Positions 38,200 through 49,550 of a stretch of DNA of 64,000 nucleotides are shown one piece after another (positions within the stretch are counted from its first letter, which is position 1; every line of letters starts with the position of its first letter). Origin of the DNA: Schmidtea polychroa (Eukaryota); the NCBI GenBank assembly GCA_044892525.1, contig CM097885.1, forward strand, positions 194,246,001-194,310,000, written 5' to 3'. Position numbers and translations under genes: made by a program. The notes beneath the pieces were generated by a model that saw nothing but the letters and a program-made list of their open reading frames with translations, ran no database searches and was not told where the DNA came from.

Positions 38200-38750
38200 A
38201 TTTTTTCTAGCCCGAATCATTTTATTAATATTATTTGTAAGCACGACTTTAATATTTTGAAAGCTACACAACTGATGATTGCTGGTACTTATTCTAAATT
38301 GGAACACCCAAGGTATTTCCAATCCATTGTAACAATTCAGATAAAACTGGTATTTAATATCTATCTTTCAATGTTACACCTTTGTTTTTGTCTTCTTCGT
38401 TAAATCTAATAAACTATAACATTTTTATCGCATATTACCTGTAGTTTTTTATCGTATCTTCAAATATGGATTAAATAAATTCCTTAATTAGAATTTATCA
38501 TGTATCCCAATTAGTGGTGAAAAGTTCGTATCACTTATGATATATGTTTGTGGGCTTAAAATACGGTTTATTGATTCCTACTAGTTTGTAAATGATTCAA
38601 TAGCTAAATCGGCCAAGACATTAACAGTTTACTTCTGACAAGATCGGTATTCAATGGAAGTTTATATTGAGCAAATACTAATGTTTGGATAGAGCCAAAA
38701 TTTGAGAACTTGTTTTAATGAGTCGGAAGTACATTTTGGTGCGCCTATTT
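38200..38750 (-). pseudogene. Possible Penelope-like RT relic
   Basis: Scattered minus-strand peptides VLADLAIESF and YFKPT resemble Penelope RT motifs; heavily decayed. Confidence 0.35.
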
Positions 38751-38884
38751 ATACAAAAATTATTTACTTATAAAGAAATTATTATTATTTCCGTCTTATG
38801 GTAGATTTAATTTAATCTTATTTTTTATATTATATCAATTATAATAATTTTAATCAAAATAATTTTATTTTTTTATTTTTTTTA

Positions 38885-39685
38885 TACTCGTTTAACACGT
38901 TTCGATCTTACACGGTTTCTAAATAAATTTTTTCCCCGAAAATGGTTAATTTTACCTCATGCGAATTTATATCTGCTTAATTATAATAAGTTTTACACAT
39001 ATTATTATCACTTAAAAATGTGTACTATTGATAAAAATACAAAAAATTGGAATTCTTCTTTTAAAATTCAAATTTTGTCATTAATTACACACATTTTAAA
39101 CTCTAATTTTCATAATTAACTCATACGTAAAGTTATTCTAAGTAAATAAGAATTTATCGTGTAACATATTTTGATTTTTTTTAAAGTTTTAGTTTTACCG
39201 TAGAAAAAGAAAAAATTATCAAAACAGAGATGAAGAGAAAAGTTATATCTTTAGAAACGAAAATTGAAATTTTGGACCGTCTACGTAATAAAGAAAGAAT
39301 AGTAGATGTTGCCAAATTTTATTCTATGAATAAAGCTACAATAGGAACAATAAGAAAAAACGAAAACTCGATTAGAAAAAGTGTAGCAGCCGGAATATCT
39401 ACGAGTATGAGCACAACTTCACACATAAGAAATGTTGATATGGAAAATATGGAGAAGGATTTAGTATTATGGATAAAAGACCAAAGTCAAAAACGGATTC
39501 CAATTGATACCAATTCCATAAAGCACAAAGCCTTGAAAATTTAAGAACAATTCAGAATCAGTTGCCGTCTACTTCTGCGAATAAGACGCTTTTTCATGCA
39601 AGTCATGGTTGGTTCGAACGGTTTAAGCGAAGACATTCTTTGTATAATCTAAAATTAAAAGGTGAACAAGCATCTGCTAATATCA
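38885..39685 (+). mobile_element. Tigger/pogo transposon 5' fragment (HTH-psq plus CENP-B HTH), truncated
   Basis: MKRKVISLETKIEILDRL; MEKDLVLWIKDQ; after a frameshift FHASHGWFERFKRRHSLYNLKLKGEQASA; Tigger-like left end near 38885. Confidence 0.85.
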
Positions 39686-41499
39686 GGGACTGAAACCGAA
39701 CCGAACCATGTTGAACCCAGAAACTCATGCAGGTTCAGGTTCATAAATTTTAAAAATTTATTCTATGATTTTTTTTAGAAAAATAAAGAGGACAAAAAAG
39801 TAGTAAAGTTTTCATATTCTTTAATGTCGCCTAGTTTATTTTCTTAAAGTAGCATACTACGATACAAAATACAAATAGAAATATTTCTCGTGTTCATTAA
39901 TGTTTACTAAAGATTGTGTTTTTATTAGCTAAACATTACAAGCTTTGTGATAACCAGTGCAAATCCCAATAGTATACTAATTTCGAGCTTTAGGCTATCA
40001 TCAGTATTATGCAGAAGATGCGAAGAGACACCGTCATACACAGAAACTGTTTACAAGTGCATCCGTAATTGACGATAAATACTGTATACTATGGCTTGAG
40101 GGGCCTTCTGGTGCTCAGTTGGTGAATATACGGCATCTTCAATTACGCAGCTGATTTTGGGCCGTAATGTAAAGGCTTCTCCACAAGTTCGTTGCAGCAA
40201 AAGGTTTAGCGGAACATAGGTTAGAATTAGAAATACAGGCAGATCCCTGCTCAAAACCTTTAAAGAATAATATGAATATTATGGAAAGTATGAAGCAACA
40301 TTTATTAACTTGGAAATAAGGGCGGATCCCTGCGCAAAAAATTTGAAGATAACATTAGAAAACATCCAGAAATGAGGACCACAGTTAAATGAAGACATGA
40401 CGATAATCTAACACTAGAATAGATAATGAATAATGACATAAGACCTTCTATCGGCAGTCCAGAACCCGAAAATGAATATATCATGAGGAGTAGTTGTGAA
40501 GTTACTAAAAGGAGATACCAATAAAGGTAATAACTGTTGTGGTAGATAGCATATCAAATTATCTTACAAGCATTTCTGACTGTCTTGCTAGTTGGAATAA
40601 ATTTACAGAGGTTTTAATTTAGGAAACGTCAGATCACCCTTGATCTAATCGATAGCGAAAAATTTGGGAAACTCCCTCCATCTTTATCCAAGCTTTATTG
40701 CACAGTGCTGAGGGCAATTAGACCCAGCATTTATTACTTAAATCTGAGGACAGTTATATAACTGATTTCTTTACTTCATAGAATCAGTAGAATCTTTTGA
40801 GTCAGATATATCATTCTGTGTTAGGAAATATCTTAGTCCACAGATCAAAACCTAACAGTAGCTTAGAGGTATTTTCAAAGGTGAGGAAGTTTAACAGAAT
40901 ATTAGTTGTTTTTCGGCTGATATTCTTCAAACATTTTCAATGTGTATATTTGATTACAATTGTACGATGTTTACTAATTGCTGGTTTTGGTTTATCAATT
41001 TCCCTCGTGCGCCTTTCTCTGAAATGTCAATCGTTTCATAGTCAGAATATATTTTTAAATTACACTCCACTCTAAGTTTTCTTTTCTAATTCTCGTTATT
41101 CATCATTAAAAATATGAAACCGATGTTTGAACCAAAATTCATCAACCAGGTCAGTACTAACCCTTTGCTTCGAGCTTCTTTGAACCCCACAATATTCAGC
41201 CATGAATTTTGTGTTCTCCTTAAATAAAATAAAACGCGTTGGCAAATTTTCAAAAAACAATAAAACAAGGTTGGTTAACTTAAACTGGAAGCTCAGTTAA
41301 GCCCCGAATCAACAGCAAACTGCACTGTGGCCTTCTCATTGAAAATAATATATACTTTATATAAAATGGTTATGTAGTTATTTCAATGTATTTTTTTTAC
41401 AAACTTACCAAAAATTATTTAAAATGTTGAATTTAGCTGCAGTTTGATGGTTAGAGCATTGAGTAAGAAATGATATAACTGTGAATTTTTCGATTATGC

Positions 41500-42130
41500 A
41501 GTATTGGCGCCTAGGGGTGTGTCATTCTCAAAATGGTAGTAGGGGTAGCTGCGGTTAACTCAACCTGACTCCTTTCTAGACGCCAAGGTGACTGTTGTCT
41601 TTAACTACCCATGTGCCCATGGCGACGACCGTGTTGGTACTACACATAGTAGCTGAGGATCCATGAACAGATGAGCTTCTATGTTGAAACTACTCTTCAT
41701 GGTTTCCATATTTACGGGTCCTGGAATGCCGATAGAAGGGCTTACATCCTTGTGAACGAAACAACGATAAGAGGTTCATTCGGAAAACCCTGGTCCAAGG
41801 GGTACTGTCATTCGTAACTGTCACACACGCATTCCTTCCGTCGATAGTACCGCACATAACTCAAAAAATAGAAGATCATTTAAAACACCAAAACATTTAT
41901 TTTATCGCCATCACATAAACTAGGTACCCTCCAGAAGATTTATTCGTTTCTTCAGGGACCCTATTTCCACCTGTCCCTGCTTGATAGCGACATTCTTATC
42001 CGAGCATAAGAAGCACGGTTTGATGCCAGATTTTGGCACATTCGGCTCGGAAATTTTCTAGAATGAGATGGATTTAACTAGAGAGAAACCTTACGAACAA
42101 TTTCGTCAAGAGAGTCGGTCCGCTCGGAAC
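41500..42130 (+). mobile_element. Non-LTR retrotransposon (LINE) 5' relic: structured leader plus APE N-terminus
   Basis: LSFVTV..IEDHLKHQNIYFIAIT*TRYP resembles the APE N-terminal motif, with TAA (41916-41918) at the expected Glu. Confidence 0.5.
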
Positions 42131-42249
42131 TCATCATCATCACGCATCATTCATTCATTTTTGCATTCAGATTAGGGGCGAGGTGAATGACAAAACTGGA
42201 ACCCGACTGATGGATGACGATGGAAATACGCCATTACAATTTATTACAA

Positions 42250-44041
42250 ACATAATTGTTATTCCGATTTCTGCTTTTAGGTTGTGGTCATTGTCAATAC
42301 TATTAATACTATTCTTATTCCCCCCATTTTCACTATGGTAACCACGATGTCGGTGAAGTTGACTGATAACGCTACTGACACTGCTACTCCGTCCTTGTTA
42401 GTTCTACTACGTTGTCATTATCATTGTGCTCCTATTGGCCTCATCGTTAGTTTCCTTATTTCTAAAATTATTATTATCCTCATCTTTGCCAACACTATCG
42501 CATTACCATCCACGTCCATAAAATCATTACTATCCTCATCATTATAAATAGGACTGTTATGGTAGTGATTTCAGTATTGTCGCAGTTATATTTATTTCCA
42601 TTACAATTACAATCCTCGTTATAGTTATTATTATTATCATTATGAATGTAACTATTGACGTCGGTGGGTTGTTCTCAACCTCCCCATTTTTATTTTTTAT
42701 CAGGTATCTAATTATCATCACCATTGTTACGATTATTGTTGTCACTGATATAATAATTATTGTTAATATCTTGGTAAATATCCTGATTTTTATTATCATC
42801 GGTATGGTTGGATTTTCAGTTAGTTTAAATCGGTAACTTCTGACTCCTCGTGTCCTTTAAATCAAAACACTAACTAGCCAACGTATATTAGAATAACAAA
42901 TTTTACAATCTTTTCTCAACACTTTACAATCAATAATCAAAGTTACGTTTGACCGATTCTCAGCACGGCGTTGATGCTTCGACAAAAGATAATATTCACC
43001 TTTTATTTCCTTAGGTTCTCTTGACCAACGTTTTCCTTTTGTTTCTTTGATTTGATCCTTTTTCACTCTTTTTATTCTTATTCTATCTCTTCTTTTTCCC
43101 TAATCTCCTAAATTCGTTTTTACCTATTCCTTAGCTCGATTTCTTCTAACCCTAGCTGAGGCAAAATGCCGATTTGCTCTGATTTTCCCCTTCCTTATAT
43201 ATACTCTTCGAAATCGGGATGACAAATGGTTATTGCCGAGCCAATCTCTCACTTGACATTTGCTTCGGCTGTCACCCATAATGGTCCAACGAACAATGAT
43301 AATTAATGGCCCGTCCCGCCTTTCTACACGCACTATCTTCTCCTTGCTCTTTTCCAATTAATCATTGTGACAAGCTAATGGGCCCAAATCTTCCTTCTGT
43401 TTACTTTTCTTCTTGTTTGTCCAGCTCGGATTTCCTTCATATCTCGGGTTCTCCATTGGCTCGGGTTTCCCATTAGCTCGGGTTTTCTATTAGCCAATTA
43501 ATTAATTAATTAATGTTTTCTGTTTTTACACATTTGAATGCTTTTCGACCCTTCCTAACCATTTTCAGATAAATCCCTAATCATCATCTTGTTGACCATT
43601 AGCTAATCTATACCTGTCCCGTTTTCCCAATTCGATTTCGATGATTTTACAATTTATTGATTTTTCTTGGATTTCCGGATTCTTGCCTTTCGTAATTGCT
43701 TTTGCCATTTCCTAATACTGCTTCCATCGTACTTTCCTTCACTATCAATTCTGTACATGATCACGCTTTTATTTTTCTTTTTTCTTCACTTACTTTTTAT
43801 TTAAATTACCAACCTAAATTTCATTTAAATTTTATTTTAATTTATAGACCTCAACAGTATTATCATGAGTGTCATAATTATTATATTTATTGTTGTTCTT
43901 ATAATTACAGCTATTGCTACCTTCATTATTATGCTTATTACAGTTATCATATTTGTTGTTGCTATTATAATCATTATTATTATTATCATTACCATTACAA
44001 CTATCGTAATTATTGCACTTATTATTGTTATAATAATAATA

Positions 44042-44077
<36 letters not shown>

Positions 44078-45620
44078 ATCATAATTTTTATTTTTATTAT
44101 TGTTATTATAAATGTTAATATTATTTTCATTATTATTAGAATCAACATGATTATAGGCATCGTTGTCATTTCTACATTGGCGGCTATCTTTGACAACGAA
44201 ATATCGTCATTTAACACTATCACAATTAATGTTTATTTTATTATCGTGGTAATGATCAATCATCATATCTGATTGTAGATAAATTATTCCCCTTACTGTT
44301 TTTTGAGACGACTTCAAAATCTTGTAGACAGATGTTTATTTGCCCCACTTGTCAAAGATAACCCGAAGCATCAGATCTAATCATCTTAGTCCGATAGTGT
44401 TGTGAGGCACAGACAAAATTCGTATCAGATGAATTTTGTTCGACTACACACTCGTATGGAACTGTCTCTGAACGTGAATCACATCGTGTCGCTAAATCTG
44501 ACTTGTTGATATGTGTGAGGATGGTTATTAAATAGATGGCAGATTATCACTTGTCGAACCCCTGTTTATCGGATAATTGCAATCTATCCGCTTGTCTGAT
44601 AATACGGTCTAGACTTGGGGCTATTCTGATACGGCATGAAAGAAATCCGAGTCACGTGTGGAATTTTCGTCTGATGACCTTATCTAATGGCGAATCTAAT
44701 ATCCCGTCATTGAATACAATTTATCGAATGGTAATAACGATGTCAATTATGTCGTGATTCTCTGTAGGCATTACTCATCGATCGCTATTATCGATGTGTA
44801 CAATCTGTCAAAGATTCTAAACTCTGCGTTTACCGAGGATTATATCAGTGGAAGGTACTAATTCATCTTTGAAGCGAAAATCGAAGAGGACCTTATATTA
44901 AGATGAAGGATTTTCTGGTACATACTGTTGAAACAATGGTTGGAAACCTTATTCATCACTCTAATCGCCGTGGACTTCGAAAAAATCATCAAATGCTTCT
45001 TACATTGCCATCGTTTCACTCATCAGTGCAATGTTATATCGTTCTCATTAACACTCGTTGGGCGACCTCAATCACTGTGAACGTCTTTCTATTACTACCA
45101 TATTATTTATAAAATAGACGACTACATTTCGTTTCTTACTACATTCGGATTCATATTACAAACTTCCTTACTTTCCTGATTGTCGACACAGTTATTTATC
45201 AATTGATGTTCGAAACTGGTCAACCGTCTGCTGTCTATCAGTTATTCGGCCAATTCAGAAACGTATCCCAAGCTGGAGAGCATCCAAAAATCATACCAAA
45301 TGAATACATAAAAGTAAATTGTTGTAAATAAATTCTGGTTTATTATCATTTACTAAACATTCTTAAAATAATTACGGATGAGAGGAAGAGAAAACAATTC
45401 GATTATGAAACATTTTAATTGTTATCAAGAAAAGTACAATAAATTAATATTATGTTATATAAGCATTAACCATAAAATTAAAATTACATTTTTTTTCTTT
45501 TTTTTCCAATGATTTATCCTCGGCTGTTAAAATGGTTGTTTAGTTATTGAAATTAGAATTGGATTCCTAGAATTCCGCGATTGTAATTATGAAGATTTCC
45601 TGTAGTCCCTGATATTCGAG
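42250..45620 (-). mobile_element. Highly decayed retroelement-like region related to other relics in the window
   Basis: 43430-43520 (reverse complement) carries the GAAACCCGAG repeats seen at 1075-1140; 45215-45410 matches 24770-24975. Confidence 0.4.
43865..44120. repeat. Degenerate (ATT)n microsatellite
   Basis: Near-pure ATT run at 44041-44080 within degenerate triplet flanks. Confidence 0.9.
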
Positions 45621-46673
45621 AAAGTACCTGTTGTTTTTTGAAAATAACAATGANNNNNNNNNNNNNNNNNNNNNNNNNNNNNNNNNNNNNNNNNNNNNNN
45701 NNNNNNNNNNNNNNNNNNNNNNNNNNNNNNNNNNNNNNNNNNNNNNNNNNNNNNNNNNNNNNNNNNNNNNNNNNNNNNNNNNNNNNNNNNAACACTCAAC
45801 TTACTGGTTCTTATATATGTACAAATATATCAAAAGACAAAGTGATTTATAAAACTTTTATTATAAAGAAAAATTTACCAATATGAATTTGTTGCTAGAT
45901 TACAAAAATCCAAAAATCCTTCAAATATCCAACCGAATATGCTTGTATGTACTGTGTGAATGTTATGTATTCTCTTGCTGTGTTGCGTGTAGGCTTTTGA
46001 ACGTTTCTGTTTGTCTGTTCGAGTTTTAGCACTAATAAGGATTAACCTTTTTAGTATGTTAACGCGGTTAAAATTTTGGGGCGAAAAAAATGAATTTTGA
46101 CTCGCTATTTATACTTTTTCTTTTAAGAGAAAATGATTAAGAATTTAATTAATATATTTTAAGTATTCTTAAGTATGCTTAAAAAATGAATTTAATATAT
46201 TTTAGCAGATGTTTTTCCTTAATACTCTAACAGATATTATTTAACCAGATGTTTTTTTTTTATAATTAATTTAGTACTCTAACAGATATTATTTAACCAG
46301 ATGTTTTTCTTACTCTATTATTTAATAATTACAATTATTTTTCCTTACAACTTGCGTGCATTATTTTAACAAAATTTAGATTTCTAATTATTTTATAGTA
46401 TTATTATTATTTCATTATATTATTTATCTCTACTTATAAAACTAATTATTAATGATTTAATTTACCCTTTTATAAAAATATTAAATGTATACGGAAAGAT
46501 ATATTAAATAAAAATTAACAGCTACTCAAAAAATATGTACAAACTTCTATAGAATAAAAATAATTAATATATACACCAATAATATCATAAAGAAATAAAA
46601 TAAGTAAAATAAAGAATAGTCCAAATGACACAGCATGAATAAAGTAAATAATGAATTTAGTTAACCATAATTG

Positions 46674-48209
46674 TCAATATTTTGAATTGTCCGGCTTTGG
46701 TTGTCTGGGTTCCACGTAGATATTGACTCTGAACTTGTTGCTGCCCGTTCTATAGTAGTGTGTTAGTTCAAACTCTTCAATTCTTCTTCCTCTGTCATCC
46801 AACACTCCTCCTAGGGCCGATAAAGTAATGTCCTCATTACCTTTATCGCTAAGGACCAATTCGATTCCGCAACCGTTTATATACATTGTTGCTCTTTGGA
46901 ATCCTTTCTTCAATGCCAATTTTAACACATCACCATCAATAATTCGTCTGCCGAAGTGTTGATGTATTTCTTTTTCCGAGATAGTGGATCTTCCCTCTTT
47001 GATGATGAACATTGGCTCCTCCAACTCGACATTTGGCTCTGGTCCTAGTTCGTCATCTATCTGCATTGCTTCGCTCGGTGAGAAATATTCTTCATCCGAG
47101 TCTAAATCACATTGTGGGTCAGCATAGTTGTAACTACTTGATGTCTGAGGTTCTTCCTTTATTTTGATTGCTTGTGGTTTTTTGTCCTCTTTGACGAATA
47201 TGATGTCATCATCGCTGTCCATTAGTTCATCTTCAAAGGTACGTCTGCTCCCATCTTTATTGAATTTCAATTCTCTTTGTGAGGGTTCGATATATATATC
47301 TTCCTCAAATTCCTCTGGCTCATCGCTGTTTTCTTCTATTGGACTGAGTTGATGGCCATTATTTTTCTTTTGGAATGCTGTCATGTCCCACCTTATGACT
47401 TCTTCCCACTGCTTTTCGACCAAGAGGTAAATGACTTTTGCGATTAGTGTTGTATCTTCTGCTGAGAACGGTTCGGGCTTTTTGAGGATGTTGTTGATTG
47501 CTTTGTCTTTCTTCCATTTTGGGTGTGTTGCGATTACTTTGTATGCGAGATTCGATAGTTTGATTCTGTGTGGTGCTACATTTTTGACGAATGAACACAT
47601 GAACACATCTTCAGCTAACTCTCTGACTCCCATGACATTGTACAGATCTAATGTCAGCGTCTTGAGTTTCTTTATTATTTCGTATCCCACAATGATTTTT
47701 CCGAGTAGCAGCTTCTGTATGTCGATCAGCGCTTGGTATTCGTCTTCATTTCCTCTTATTGAATCCCTGTCTGCTCTTGTCTTCTCCGGGTAATAATGTT
47801 GGATTTTGGTGCGTGGAGTCACCTTTTTATTGTATACGATTTCTCCTCTAAAATTTCTGATGCATATCTCTACTGGTCTGAGATTGTTATTGATGTCGCA
47901 TACTTCTTTGACATCGACGAACATGATTGCCCTTTGTCGTTCGGGGATTGACAACTGTTGATGTGTGAATGACATCCGTTTCGAGATGAAATCCTGATGT
48001 ATCACGATTTCCGACTGTATCATCTCTAATTCTCTGAAAGGATTGGGTATGGTTGGGACATATAGAATTTCGATAGCCATCACACAGGGTAAATTGTTCA
48101 TTTGGATGACCAAATTGTTGAAATCGTTTGGCACGCTTCGATTTGGTTCATCGTCTTGATCACCACCGTGCAGTTGCTTGTTGTTATAATAGGGATTCGT
48201 TGTTGGCAA
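46674..48209 (-). CDS. Retroelement accessory ORF, 511 aa from a TTG start (first in-frame ATG later): degenerate REX4/ISG20-like DEDDh fold, acidic linker, unknown C-terminal domain
   Basis: FVDVKEV..VEICIRNFRGEIVYNKKVTP..IQKLLLGKIIVGYEIIKKLKTL..VRELA..KLSNLAYKVI..FSAEDT..IYLLVEKQWE parallels REX4 motifs I-III. Confidence 0.7.
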   Translation of the reverse strand: MPTTNPYYNNKQLHGGDQDDEPNRSVPNDFNNLVIQMNNLPCVMAIEILYVPTIPNPFRELEMIQSEIVIHQDFISKRMSFTHQQLSIPERQRAIMFVDVKEVCDINNNLRPVEICIRNFRGEIVYNKKVTPRTKIQHYYPEKTRADRDSIRGNEDEYQALIDIQKLLLGKIIVGYEIIKKLKTLTLDLYNVMGVRELAEDVFMCSFVKNVAPHRIKLSNLAYKVIATHPKWKKDKAINNILKKPEPFSAEDTTLIAKVIYLLVEKQWEEVIRWDMTAFQKKNNGHQLSPIEENSDEPEEFEEDIYIEPSQRELKFNKDGSRRTFEDELMDSDDDIIFVKEDKKPQAIKIKEEPQTSSSYNYADPQCDLDSDEEYFSPSEAMQIDDELGPEPNVELEEPMFIIKEGRSTISEKEIHQHFGRRIIDGDVLKLALKKGFQRATMYINGCGIELVLSDKGNEDITLSALGGVLDDRGRRIEEFELTHYYRTGSNKFRVNIYVEPRQPKPDNSKY

Positions 48210-48223
48210 ATTGAGACCTCCGT

Positions 48224-48622
48224 TCAGGTCATATGGAATAGTATTCTATGTGGGACTTTTCTTCCTTCATTTGCTGCGATATCTGCATTTTTGAACATAT
48301 CATAGGTGCCTATTATATCTCTCAGCTTTATCCTTCGGGCTTCATTAAATTTAACTAAGTGCATTTCTCTTTCTTCGATTTCGCACTTCATTTCATTGGG
48401 TATGCAGACCTGGTTAGGGAAACTTCTGATGGTGATTGGTGAGCCGTCTGAGGTGATTTTATTTTGCAAATTTTTGTAGAAACTGTGGTATAGTTTTTGA
48501 ATGGAGCAGCTGTATTGTTGGACTGGACGTTGTATGGGATTGAATGGTTTGGGATTGACTCTGATATTGTTGGATTGCATTTTTCTAAAAAAACAATATA
48601 AACATACATATTTACAGCGCAT
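48224..48622 (-). CDS. Small unknown ORF (132 aa from ATG) between pol and the exonuclease-like ORF
   Basis: Open frame, present in both arms; no family recognised. Confidence 0.4.
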   Translation of the reverse strand: MRCKYVCLYCFFRKMQSNNIRVNPKPFNPIQRPVQQYSCSIQKLYHSFYKNLQNKITSDGSPITIRSFPNQVCIPNEMKCEIEEREMHLVKFNEARRIKLRDIIGTYDMFKNADIAANEGRKVPHRILFHMT

Positions 48623-48725
48623 TTGAGGCTTTACCTTATACGCTTCAATATAAATAAAAATATAAATATATGTGAGTTTAAATATTATCATTGACCAATA
48701 GGAATTGAAATTATCTATATTATTT

Positions 48726-49550
48726 TTAAACCAATGAGGACATTGTGTATTGTCCTGGCCTATACTTATCCAAATGAAAATGCCCTGGTACATTTTTGAC
48801 CAGTCGGTGCCGATACCGCTGCCTTTTCCATTTGTATTTTTTGTACACTTGAACACTGGTGATAATAGCTAAAAAACTCAATGCTAAAATGCTTGATGAG
48901 ATTACATAGAAAGGCCATCGTGGTTTAGCAGGTTTTACTTGAAATGCTCTGAGTTCATCCCAGTTATTTATGATTATGGGTTTTCCCGTAGGTAATTTTA
49001 TCAGTTTCCTATCAAACTGTCTTTGATTTTTTATTATTAATTTTTTATATACTTGTCTAGTTACTTTAAATGTCGTTTCTCTGTCTGTGTTTGTTATCGT
49101 TTGTAATGACTGTTGGGTGGATGCCGAATTTGTGGTAGTTATTGTTATGGTGGTTGTTGGCATGCTATTATCTATGGGCTTATATATGTTTGTGATAGTG
49201 GTTCTTATTCTTTTGCACCTTACTTGTGATGTGTCAACTAAGGTATTCCATTGTGCACAGAGTGTGTAATTAGTGTTAGGCTGTAGATTAATGAATTCAA
49301 CATTATCTCCTCTTTCAAATTCATTAGTTGATCTATTCTCAATATTTTTCATAAGCTTGGATGTATCGTCCCCAGTTTCTAGATATAAGTCTCTTATGGG
49401 TGATTTATTCAAGTTATATACTTTAATCTTATACGGTGAAATGTTGATTAAAATATCTTCCTCCATGTATTTTACTGAGTGTATGCTCTCATTTTCTACT
49501 TCAGTTGATTTACATAGCCCTATAATTGTTAAAAAGATCGCTGCCATCAT
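48726..49550 (-). CDS. Type I membrane protein module in frame with integrase: signal peptide, FN3-like domain, Thr-rich stalk, TM helix, basic tail (274 aa from ATG)
   Basis: MMAAIFLTIIGLCKS; NLQPNTNYTLCAQW..CKRIRT; PTTTITITTTNSAST; WPFYVISSSILALSFLAIITSVQVY then KKYKWKRQRYRHR. Confidence 0.7.
   Translation of the reverse strand: MMAAIFLTIIGLCKSTEVENESIHSVKYMEEDILINISPYKIKVYNLNKSPIRDLYLETGDDTSKLMKNIENRSTNEFERGDNVEFINLQPNTNYTLCAQWNTLVDTSQVRCKRIRTTITNIYKPIDNSMPTTTITITTTNSASTQQSLQTITNTDRETTFKVTRQVYKKLIIKNQRQFDRKLIKLPTGKPIIINNWDELRAFQVKPAKPRWPFYVISSSILALSFLAIITSVQVYKKYKWKRQRYRHRLVKNVPGHFHLDKYRPGQYTMSSLV

Larger units (their letters stand above)
45791..48977 (-). repeat. Left arm of a 3.19-kb inverted duplication
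   Basis: Reverse complement of 54996-58180; at least 3 substitutions and a 2-nt homopolymer length difference seen. Confidence 0.95.

Noticed and set aside
41433-41500. tRNA or SINE head (A-box-like TAGCTGCAGTTTGATGGTTAGAGC)
   Set aside because: The B-box is degenerate and no cloverleaf forms; no tRNA gene was supportable anywhere in the window.
43696-44272. Poly-Ile/Tyr ORFs on both strands
   Set aside because: They are translations of an ATT microsatellite.
44665-44715. Hammerhead-like CTGATGA..CGAA core
   Set aside because: GAAA is GAAT, stem II is only 2 bp, and stems I and III could not be formed.
45553-45886. ORFs spanning N-runs (also 58126-58409)
   Set aside because: They are artefacts of translating assembly gaps.
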